NCBI GenBank assembly: GCA_020536535.1
Contig: JAHLWZ010000306.1
Coordinates: 29,768 to 93,767 of the forward strand
DNA from: Pelomyxa schiedti
Lineage: Eukaryota; Protista; Evosea
Length of the DNA: 64,000 bases
Reading direction: 5' to 3'
Shown here: positions 1 through 10,165 of the stretch, piece after piece
Numbering within the stretch: position 1 is the first letter of the stretch
Layout of the letters: every line of letters begins with the position of its first letter
Translations under genes and position numbers: made by a program
Notes under the pieces: model-generated
What the model was told of the DNA's origin: nothing
What the model saw: the letters and a program-made list of their open reading frames with translations, nothing else
Databases searched by the model: none

Positions 1-1849
1 ATTTCTCTAATCCTTCACCACTCAGTTGGACTCAGTATAAAAGCTGCTGGTAAAGTAGCGGGGAAGTTACGGTCCTGGCAAGTAATCCTTCGCCTTCGCG
101 TAATTGAAATATGAACCATTTTCCTCAGTGGCTTGCCCCTGAGATTCTTGACTCCAGGATTGAGACTTATGATGAGCAGTCTGATATCTTCAGTTTTGCC
201 GTACATTACCTAATTCCATTTGAATATTGACCTGGAATAGATTTTGCTATTTGAAATAACATCCCGGCAGCACCCTTATGACGGTATTCCAATAAAACAA
301 ATATGATCAAGTAACACCAGAAAAAAGAATACTATGCCCTTCCTCAGTACTCTACTACGAAAATGGAATGGCGGGATGTCAACATGAAAGTAGCAATTTC
401 ACAAGAGAATCTCAGACCCACAGTTCCTCGAAACGTGCCAAGGTATCTTAAGAATAGTAATTCCATGTACAAATCTTCATAGGAAAGTGAGGCATTTGAT
501 TGAGAGGTGTTGGAGAACAGTCCCCAACACAAGGCCCACTGCACAACAGGTTGTGGAAAAACTTGAAGCAATATTAGGAATCTCCCGAGGACAGGACGAA
601 CTGCCTAGTGCTGACGTCGGGCCATGTGCGAAATTTTATTCTCACACGGTCTTACTATCAATAGTGAATCTTCCTGAGCCAACACGTTGTTGGGAAATAC
701 CTCTGGAAGCCAAAATCTGGAGTTTCACGGAAGCTACCACCAGGCAGCATTTATGGGTACCAAGTTATTCTCAGCTTGTTGCTTACTAACCGTAATTAGG
801 TAGGGTGTGCAGATGGAACAGCACGTCGTCTCGAATGGAAGTCGGGCATTTTTGACCTGACAGTACCTGCACATGACCGGAAAACCAGAATTCACGGCTT
901 TGCCAATGCCAATGGGGAGCTGTGGGTGAGTTCTGACTTTGGGACCATTTCAGTGTTCAGTCCCGAGGTTCCTAAAATTTTGTATCTTTACCCTTTAATT
1001 TCTTTCACAGTCCAAGCATCCCCTTATTATTCACGCTCATGGTGAAAAGCATAGTATTGCCTGTCTTTTAACTGTGCTTCATAAAAAAAATACCCCAGCA
1101 GTATGGAGTGCGTCATCAACAGAATCTGCAATTGTAGAAATCAATTCCCAAGTGTGCACTTTCAGCTCAAGGAACTGAACTAACTGAGTCAGCAGACAAA
1201 AACAATTACCAATAGAGTCTGCTTCGAGCAAGGATTAATACTCAATTCCATGGTCCAGCACCGTAAACTTGTATGGGTTGCGTGCACAAGGCGCATTCTC
1301 ATTTTAGATTCTAAAACCATGTCCACCTTTCGAGTACTTTCAAAATGTAATAAATACTGGTACTTGTGTCTCTAACTCTTTCCCAGTGCCTGTAATGAGT
1401 AGGTATTCTTGTGCTACTGTCATTTCCGATCGAGTCTGGTTGGTTGCACAAGATAAAATATGCATATTTGATAGCATGTATATGGTGTCGTGTCACGACA
1501 TTATCGTGATAATACTCACTCTACTACAAAAGAACTGTGTGGCAACATTAAGTGGACATGAAACTGATATAACGGCTCTCACTCCTTGTGCCGGGTGAGC
1601 CTCCTAAGAAATCCCTTTACAATCCTTATTGATTCCGCAGAGCTGTGATTTCAGCGGACTCACAGGGAGTCATTCATGTTTGGGATCCAAGAAGTTATAT
1701 GTCTCTCAGGAAAATAACACTACCAAATGCATGTTTCATCAATGCCTTGCACGCCTGTAATGAAAAGTACTGATTCACATGGATCTACCAACTTCTAATA
1801 AATCCCAAGCTCATTTCTCTGCTCTACAGTGCATCCCGACTCCCTGTTA
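1..1849 (+). CDS. 3' part of a TKL/Roco-like protein kinase with a C-terminal WD40-like beta-propeller (multi-exon, 5' end outside window)
   Basis: Spliced reading gives kinase subdomains FGLSIKAAGK..WLAPEIL..YDEQSDIFSFA|ILLFEITSRQHPY..LRPTVPRNVP|RKVRHLIERCW..RPTAQQV. W-rich beta-strand repeats follow (KIWSFTE, HLWV, GELWVSSDFG, VWSAS, VWVAC, VWLVAQ, HVWDP). Short GT-AG introns are present. The stop at 1847-1849 is tentative. Confidence 0.8.
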
Positions 1850-2065
1850 ATCTGTTTTTCTTTTTGAAAGTACGTACCCACTCCCTCACTGACACAATAA
1901 CACCAAAAAGATTTTGGGCAGATCCCAAATGTACAAACCCTGTACAAACAGCCAAATGTACAAATCTCTTTTCTTTCCATGCAAACCAATTTCTTGAATC
2001 CTTGTATTCCAGAGTGCTTATTCAGCACTTTGCCAGTCAATACAATAAAAAGAAAAAAAAAAAAA

Positions 2066-2240
2066 GATGGCCTCATGGCCGGCAATTGTGTTCCTTCTGT
2101 CCCGGGGCTCCCTCCCAGAAAGGAAGGAGTTAGCGCTGAGTGCTTGAGAACTTAAGGTAGCCATGCCTCGTCATTCTCAAACGCTCGCCACTAATTAGGT
2201 GGTCAATTTATTACCTTTGGAGAGTCATAGTTTGGGTTTT
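2066..2240. ncRNA. Candidate structured non-coding RNA with sense and antisense matches to LSU rRNA helices 69-71
   Basis: 2151-2174 reads CTTAAGGTAGCCA-TGCCTCGTCAT and 2191-2198 reads CTAATTAG, matching the conserved eukaryotic LSU sequence CTTAAGGTAGCCAAATGCCTCGTCATCTAATTAG (recalled) with AA deleted and 16 nt inserted. 2212-2232 TACCTTTGGAGAGTCATAGTT is antisense to the adjacent AACTATGACTCTCTTAAGGTA (19 WC + 1 GU of 21). Hairpins: 2091-2125, 2138-2150/2174-2186 and 2188-2202. It lies in an unusually long convergent intergenic gap. Confidence 0.45.
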
Positions 2241-2431
2241 GGATTCGATGTAGCACGGCAACATGGAACCAAAGAAACACAACGCACAGACCACAAGGCC
2301 ATTGACTAGCCCGGTTCTTCCTTCGTTTATTGGCAAAAAACAATTCCCACGCGAACTTGTGGGTCGGAAATTGGAAGAAGGAAAAAAAAGCAAAAAAAAT
2401 GTTGGGTTTGGGCTGTTGTTAGTTGCGGTCT

Positions 2432-3290
2432 TCAGAAGAAATGACCGTCCATTTCCTTTCCGTCACTCTCTTCTCCAGAGTCATCACTGTCCTTTTCATC
2501 ATGATCACCTCTGGCTATTGAGAGAAGTTCGGCAATTTCCGGTGCTTCTTCTAGTGTTTTCTTTCTGGCACCCTCCAACTCCACTCGCTTTCTTACTGGG
2601 CCAGTCTCAACCTCTTTTTCTTTCTTCTTCCTCTGTGCTAGCAACTCACCTCGTCTTTGCAGTGTATTTTTTACAGTGCGGACTTGCTTTTTTTTCTGGC
2701 TTGTAGTTCTTACAGATTCAAAAGTTGCAGGTGGTACATTAACAAGCTCCGTTTTCAATGCTTTTGAAATAACCTAAAATCCCTTGGACATCAACAAAAC
2801 AAAAGAAGAAGTAAATACCTTGGTGGATGATACACGTGGTACTCCTGAAAATTGTGTTTGTAGGAAGTTTGATGCTGCCTCATCAGGAGAGGTCGAAACC
2901 AGTGCGGTAGGGGTTGCAGTGTATGCTTGCATTACCAACGGTCTCCCACTAGCCCAATGATAAGAGCTAGGTGAAATTGAAGAGAAATTCCAGAAACCTT
3001 TTTGCGGGTGGTGCCTTTGGGGGTATGGATGACTTGGATTTGTCTTTTTTGGTCTTTGGCTTTTGCTTCGGTTTAGCTTTGTGGGTGTCACTCCACAATA
3101 CAAAAATATAGCATAATACCTACAGCTCCCATTACCGTCGTTTTGTACAGTTTTCAACCTTGTTTTAAGACGTAAGACAGTGAACAAAAAAAAAAAAAAA
3201 ACCCCAAAAACAACAAACAACTACGAACAAGGAAGCAAAGGCATTCAGTGATTTATCAGACAACGCCGTACTCCCACTCGCCCTGCTCAT
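2432..3290 (-). CDS. Hypothetical protein (3 exons; Lys/Glu-rich C-terminus; DGNGSCRYYAI weakly OTU-like)
   Basis: ATG at 3290 (MSRASGST). Phase-compatible GT-AG introns join it to ORFs 2774-3220 and 2432-2758. Confidence 0.5.
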
Positions 3291-3454
3291 CTTAATTTTC
3301 GTTTGATTTTTTTGTTTAATTAATCTGGTGGCAACTGAAACCCCCACAACATTCAATCCCCCAAGGGACTCCCAGAGTGCCCGTCTCTACGCCATACCAG
3401 CCCCTACGTGAGTATAGTCAATATTCCCCAGACACCTTGCTTTGATCGACTCGA

Positions 3455-4343
3455 ATGGGAGCCTCTGAGAGCCGCGAAGGGGCACCGCGCAGAAGGCGAG
3501 TGGTGCCCGCTCACCTCGCCCTCGTAAGTGTGTGCCACCGGCTCTAAAACGACTCGTTTTGAATTCAAAACGCATCACAGGTGGTTTGTGGCTGCAGAGG
3601 AGCGGGAAAAACAACTCTGGTGCAACACTTCATGTCTCACTCACTTGCTCCTGCCACAGCTGCTGATGTTCCTCCTGCTCCCGCTTCTGGTTCTGGTGCT
3701 TCGGATGTTTCGACGGGGGGAAGAGAGGAAAGAGTGGTTGTGATGGACGATGGATCGAGGTGCAATGTGAGTATCACTTGTGTAGATTATGAGGACTTGG
3801 CCGAACTGGCACACAACTTTAATGTATGTTGGGGTGCACTCAGTTGGGCTGACAACTTCGGAATTCATTTTCACGCATATAATATTAACAATGGAAAACA
3901 ATGACAGTAATAGCACAACACCATAGAATTATAAGGCTTTTGTACTTGTTTACGATGCAACATCCTTGAAATCATTTAATGCCCTGGATGCACTTCATGA
4001 CCAAATCGTACATGACAAAGGCCCGGGAACAGAATTACACCTAGTTCTCGTTGGTAACAAGGTATCTTCCATTCCGCGTTACGTTTATTTGCAACATAGT
4101 CCGATTTCGTTCCCTTCAAATTCTGACGCGCTCCTGCATCTCTCTTTCTAACTTTGCTTCTTCAAACCCAATCAACAGAGGGACCTGGAATCGCGAAGGG
4201 AAGTATCTACAGATGCAGGAAGGGACCTGGCAACGAGGTGGGGCTGTGAACACATCGAAGTTTCAGCCACAACCACTTCAGAAAATGTATTCCGTGCTGC
4301 CGTCCTGGCCAGCACCTATGAGGAAATCTTATATTTAAAATAG
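3455..4343 (+). CDS. Atypical Ras-superfamily small GTPase
   Basis: Spliced MGASES..HLAL|VVCGCRGAGKTTLVQHF (G1), AFVLVYDATSLKSF, LVLVGNK|RDL (G4), IEVSA (G5). The G3 position reads CVDYED and there is no CAAX. Confidence 0.8.
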
Positions 4344-4621
4344 CAGAGGTTTTTTTTTGGGAAATGAATTTTTTTTGTTCAGAAGCATAGGAGACAAGTC
4401 CTCACTACCATACCATACCATTGTCTCAAAACCTTGGTTTTCAGCCATTACTGTTGGTGGTTGTGGAGATGATATTAGTGGTCCATGTTGCAACAAGCCC
4501 TGACAACCGCATGCCTTGCAAACCCCACAAGCAGGGCCACAAGAAATTCACAGAAAAAAAGTTTTCCCTGGCTGACCAAAAACTATCAGTTTACTGGATT
4601 TTGGGACCCAAAATTACAGGG

Positions 4622-5479
4622 TTAAAGACCAAAAATAGCCAGGAGGAGAATAAAAATAACAATAAGGATGAGACCCATGGCAAGTTTGTGCCTGAGCCAC
4701 GCGTGGCTGTACCCAGGGCAATGCCATCGTAGGAAAATATGCTGCGATGTGACTCCAGCTCGTAGCAACATCACAGCGCGGTCATACCAGATGATGAGCC
4801 CAACAACAGTCACAATTATTCCAACTCGCTGCATGTGAGTCAATTGGCGGATGAGTGGCGGTGTGGTGATTGATTGAATCATGTGGAGGATCGAAGCAAA
4901 CCAGGGATTTGTGGTTGTCACGTTCCTTCCATATGTATTTGGTGAACAGGAATGTTGATGTCAGCATCACAGCAGAAGCTACAGCCACGAAAATCGAGTT
5001 CTGTGTCTGCTCATTTGTTTGGTGAGTTGTGACTGTTTGAATTTTTCAATTGTTGAAGATACAATTGATCGGAAGAAGCAAATCCACTCCGACGGAAAAG
5101 GGATGGCTCCGGCGATAACAATGGCAATCGGGAACCAGTAAAAGCTATTCGTCTGCCGGAAGAATGTGAGATTGGGATGAGAAAAAAGAAATTCACCTCA
5201 GATGAAAGGGAAAATGCTAAAAGAATGAAGGCACTCACAAATGAAAACTGTTATTGAAAGTTAGCAGTCTATACAACCTTTTGAGAAAAGGGAACTCACC
5301 AACACAGAGGTGGTAATGTAACTCTGGGCCGGTGGCCAAAGTGCGCAGTTGTTGTCCGTCTCCTTACGTGGAATGCTCAGGCACTTCACAAGCAAGATGA
5401 GAATTGGAATAAGACCAACAAGTCCAAGTGGATTCCTCAGTGATGCCAACACCTTGGAGTCAGAGCTGTTTTTCTTCAT
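4622..5479 (-). CDS. Multi-pass membrane protein of unknown function
   Basis: Several hydrophobic exons (LVGLIPILILLV; FYWFPIAIVIAGAI; IFVAVASAVML; VGIIVTVVGLIIW; LAMGLILIVIFILLLAIFGL) join through phase-compatible short introns. Confidence 0.5.
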
Positions 5480-5635
5480 GGCACTCTTTTGTGCAAAGAA
5501 TCCGAGCCACTGGAATTTCCATGTTTGTGGTAGTCACTTCACAAAAGAGGAAGTGTGTGAGTGAGTGTGAGGCATACCTGGTAGTGCCAAATGTAACACC
5601 ACAAGAAGCTTGCCACAACACGTGGAGACCACCTG

Positions 5636-7360
5636 TTACTTTCGTGAGAAATTGTTGAGAAGAAAGAGGAAGAAGAACCATTTGTCGTGAATCAATGGAT
5701 TGAATCTCGGAACATCACCAGTCAGAGGCATGGGAACCCTCCCCTTTTTCCTCTTCACCCAAAGGAACTTCTCTTTGGAGTTGCCACAAAACTTTTCCGG
5801 TGGCGTTATTTGCCATGTTCTCAGTGCTTCCATTTCAGTGTCGTTGGCGGTTGCCTTTCTCCACTCGTCTTTTTCCTCATGGGGAATTGTCTCATCCAGA
5901 TATTTCACAGTGTTTCTCACTGCATCGCGAATTTCTTCTCTGCACAGAACATATGAACATTTGAGATCAGTGGGGCGGCGAAACGACTGGTTGGAGGGAA
6001 AAAAATACATGATGTGAGGAATCCAAACCGAATCGTCGGCTGATAATTGCCGGCGCCAAATTATGCACACTTGACTGCACGACAGGCAATCCTTCCAGGA
6101 CAAAAGGCCCCTCCCACAACCCTGTTCAAAACAAAGGTTAGAGTTGGAGGGAAGCAGTAATTCAAAGTGGTGGAAGGGGTACACACGCTGTTGAAAGTAC
6201 ACACAATCTTGATAGCCAATGCACTCAGTTGCACCTCACCAGAATTCAGTGGCTCTCTGTTTGCGGCTCCCTCTTCAGGTGAAGGTGTCTGTCTTTGATA
6301 ATACTTGGCCGGCACCTGTTCTTGTTCTCCAAGTGAAAGTGAGATTGTTTGGTTTGTGAGGTCAAGTTGAAGTTTGGTCTTGTCCTCCAATTCCTCTCCA
6401 CTTGCTGGAATCGTGACAAGCTCTTCCAAGCTCACAGAAGTCTGTTGTGGGCAACCCTCCTGGAGTTGGTTGGGAAAATTATTATGAGGAATATGACTTG
6501 TGGAGATTTGTTGCTGGAAACACTTGCCTTGCTTGCGGAATTGTGATGGAATTCCTCCAGAAACAGAGCAATGTCATGGTGCCCAGTACTCTCAGCAGTC
6601 TCACATGGGGTATCACCATATTTATTACGAAGGGTGGGGTTTGCATTGCCTGTGTCAGTGGTTGTTCAGAGAACAAATGATCTGAAACAAAGTACAGTTT
6701 TGAACAAGCACTTTCACAACGTCGAGATGTCCCTGACTTACAGCCCACATAAGAGGTGTCCTCCAGTGAGTATCTCTGAGATTTACATCGGCATGATACT
6801 GCTTGACCAAAAGGTATGCAAGGTATGCATGCCCACTGTAGTATGGAAAATGAGTTATTGTTGGGAAGAGCTTTGGGCCAGTAACAATAAAAGAATAAAG
6901 TGTATACAAGAAGCATGTAAGGTGCAACGGTGACATTCCCATCTTCTCAGTTTTCTCATCTGTGATATTTACATCGCAGTGGCACTCGTCAATCAAGTAT
7001 CTGGTGGTCTTCACATACCCTCTCTTGCACGCAATGTGCAAAGGGTATTCACCTATTGGAACTTATTTTTCACAAAAGAGAAACAAGGAAAGGGAGTTGC
7101 AAGGCAGGGTACCATCTAGATATGGACGCGTGAGCCAGGCAGGGTCGCAATGAGTGAGACACCTTAGGAGTGAATCAGGAGCTCTCAGGAATTCCTCGTA
7201 GGGCCCAAGCTTGAGCAGTCCCCTCAGCAAGGTGAGGAGCCTTGGCGAATACGACGAATCCCCCACCGTCGATAGTGGCCCCACTTCCGTCGACGACGCG
7301 CCGCTATTCGCTGGTATTGCCGGTGGCGAGGGTGTATGACACCCGGATGGGGTGTCTATT
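5636..7360 (-). CDS. Ankyrin-repeat protein with a C-terminal F-box-like motif (5' end uncertain)
   Basis: Ankyrin motifs: LHIACKRGY, SPLHLTC..GH, TPLMWAVSQGHLDVVKVLV. F-box-like motif: LSALAIKIVC..WKDCLSCSQVCIIWRRQLSADDSVW. A 61-nt phase-0 GT-AG intron (~6460-6520) can join the two parts. Confidence 0.6.
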
Positions 7361-7619
7361 ATGACCTGTGTACTCGCAGCCAGGATGCGTTCAAGTTCTG
7401 GTTTACAATTTGTGGTGTTCTAGAATTCACGAACCGACATGGCAGAAACAAAATAAACTCCGGACCGTGGCGTTCAACCAAGTTCCTCAGGAGCAAGGAA
7501 AAAGGCTGATTAGAACTAACTACAAGTTCTATTTGTTGTTCCGGCCTGTTGAAGGTTCTCATTCACTTTACAACAAGTCCTTTGCCTAACCCACAACCTC
7601 CAAAGTTTTGGAGTTTCAT

Positions 7620-8077
7620 GCAATCATACACCAGGTACCACACCCTTTCCAGCACGAACTGCACATCTTTGGTTCTGTTGTGCCATTGTTCTCCAAGTCC
7701 AGTCCCCTATACTTGTTTTTGTCATCCAGCCTCCAGCACCTCACCCAGCCCTGTGACATGCATCCATAATTGCTTTTGCTCTGGTGGGGTGTTACCTTAG
7801 GTCATCGCATTCAGTGATTGAATGGCAGTGAATGATGGGATCATCAACCTAGGGTCAAAGACAGGCCGACGACCCAGCAGTCGTAGTCATCGTTCCGCAT
7901 CACCAACCATGTCCTGGTCGTCAACACGTGACGCGACACGGCCACGAGAACCTCCCTCGCCATAGCCATCGACGCCAATCCCCCTTCCCCTCGATGCCGT
8001 TGTGACAGGCACGCGCAGGCAAGTGCTGTCATCTGTTCGCGGGCCAACGGCCCTAACGTCACAACCATCCCCAGCAT
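7620..8077 (-). CDS. Lineage-specific hypothetical protein or gene fragment
   Basis: GC/CpG-rich ORF MLGMVVTLGPLAREQMTALACAC..VSRHVL. I could not resolve the downstream splicing in frame. Confidence 0.3.
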
Positions 8078-8240
8078 CGTCGCAGCCGCCAACACCTCAC
8101 TACACCTCCACGGAACGGAACGGTTTTTCCACGAAAGCGTCAAGTTTCTTTTTCGAGGCTCCCGCCCAAACTCTTCTTTCTCCTCCACAAACAGTTCCCA
8201 GACAGTAATCTTATCGGTAAACGGGCACGCTAACGCGCCC

Positions 8241-10065
8241 ATGGACACGATACCCGAGGACGTTGTGCAGTTTATATTGTCACTGGTACTAAGCAGGCCG
8301 TGGGCTCTACCTGTCGTTGTTGTCCCCGCTCAAAATGCCTCGGCCTCGGCGTCTACCTCCACCAGCACCACTACGGACGCAGCGGCTGTGCCCAGGAGCG
8401 ATGCCGTGGACTACACGGACAAGGCCGCGCGGGCGGCGGAGCAGCGAGGCCGCGGCGGCGGCGGCGGGACCCCGGCGATGAGCGCAATGCTTGTGGACGA
8501 GGTGTCGAGGTACGAGGCGATGATGAGATTCGCGCTCGTGTGCAGGAAGTGGCACAGAATGGTATGCCTATGGTATGTCATATGATGTCATACGCCATTA
8601 CATGGCTGTGCTGTGCCGTGGTGTGGAGGTTGTTGTGTTGTTGTGTGTTGTTGTGTTGTTGTGGTTCGTGTTGACTGGGTTGCTTTGTATCACGTGCCTA
8701 TATAGTCACGTGACATGCGACTAGGTTTATGCACTGAAGGGAGGGCCGCCGGGTTGGCTGGGTGCTTGTGGGAGGGTGACATTGGGGAGAGACCCTGCTG
8801 TTGTGCAAGAGTTCAGTGCTTCCTCTATGAGTGTCATTGCCCACAAAGCTGCCGCTGTGATAAGCTCCCTTCTGCCTGGAAATAACACGAAAACATACAG
8901 TGAAATCCCAAAAATCAGTGTTCTAGGTGGTGCCACTGGGTGGAAATGCAGGCTAAAAAAATATCTGCGTGTTACCGGACATCACGGGAAAGTTTATGCC
9001 TGTGCTTGGGGAGGTGATTGCAGCACGTTTGCATCCGCCTCACAAGATGGCAAAGTCCTTATTCACGTTTGTTCTTGCCACTCTTCTGCTTTCCTGAATC
9101 TAGGAAGTAATTCCTAAATAGAGGCTGGAAAACCAAGCAGTGACACTTGAGACTAATATCCATCTCGCCTCTTGCTGGGTGATGTGCTGTGCGCTTTCTC
9201 CATCGTGCCAGTTTGCTGCATCTGGTGGTCTTGATAGTATGTAGAAACCATCACTACAACTTTCATCACAAGATCTCGTTCAGATGCTGTCACTATTCAC
9301 CAGAGAGTTGGACAAGCTGGGAAAATTGTCCAGTCGTTCGGGCAGCACACTGGATATATCTCGTGTATAAAATTTCTCAATGAAAATCGGATCCTGTCAT
9401 CATCAGGAGATTTTACATGCATGTTGCATGATATGGAAACAAACACTTTGGTGGCCACTTTCCAAGATGCCCCCGTGGGTGTTCTTTCATCTCAAACCAC
9501 CCCTGAAACAAAACTGATTCCATGAGAGGGAGATGCAATGTCGATCAGCATAAATCCAGCAAATACAAACATCTTTGCCACTGGTCTATGCAACGCTACT
9601 GCCGTGTTGTATGATATTAGATGCCCAACCAAGGCCATAGCCGTTTTCGCCGGGGCCGATTCAGATATAAACAGTGTGACTATTTCCTCCAATGGAACAC
9701 TGCTGGGAACTGCATCCGGTATGCCAGATATCATAACACTTGCATAGCCCTAATCAGAGTTGAAACTCACAGACGACGGTGGATGCCGAGTGTATGACAT
9801 CAGGCAGAATGTTCTGGCTAATATCTTTTTGCCGGACCGGCCCAGTGGCGGCGTCACCTCAGTCGATTTCTCACTGAGCGGTCACTTCATATTCAGTGGG
9901 CACGATGACTTCACCGTCTCTGGGTGGAGTGTGCTTACCGGCCAACCGGTATGGCGTTCCTCAATCGCCCAGAACAGAGTCTCTTGCATATCGATGTGTC
10001 CGGATGGATCATCCCTGCTCTCTTGCGCCTGGGATACATCACTCTACCTCTACATGGCTCCCTGA
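8241..10065 (+). CDS. F-box-like N-terminus fused to a G-protein beta-subunit-type WD40 propeller
   Basis: IPEDVVQFILSLV..MMRFALVCRKWHRM| joins in phase 0 (intron 8562-8724) to |VYALKGG... G-beta hallmark motifs follow in order: GHHGKVYACAW, ASASQDGK, SCWVMCC, ASGGLD, HTGYISCIKF, SSSGDFTC, HEGDAMSIS, SDINSV, SDDGGCRVYDIR, GVTSVDFSLSG, NRVSC, SCAWD. Confidence 0.85.
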
Positions 10066-10165
10066 ACAAATTACGAAACCATTTCGATAAGTTAAAAAAA
10101 AGTCTTCGCTTCATCGTTTATACAAACAAACACAAAAAAAGGTGAGGGCTGAGAATCTCCCAGTG

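Noticed and set aside
2100-2240. Canonical C/D or H/ACA snoRNA
   Set aside because: No CUGA D box follows either antisense tract, and no convincing H box / ACA two-hairpin layout is present. Kept only as a non-canonical candidate.
2212-2430. Complete group I intron following the IGS-like segment
   Set aside because: No recognisable P/Q/R/S core (no paired GACUA / UAGUC P7 strands), and the exon-like piece lies upstream of the guide rather than downstream.
8077-8248. Overlapping head-to-head start codons of ORFs 7844-8248 and 8241-8585
   Set aside because: The minus ORF more plausibly starts at ATG 8077, leaving an ordinary ~160-nt divergent promoter.
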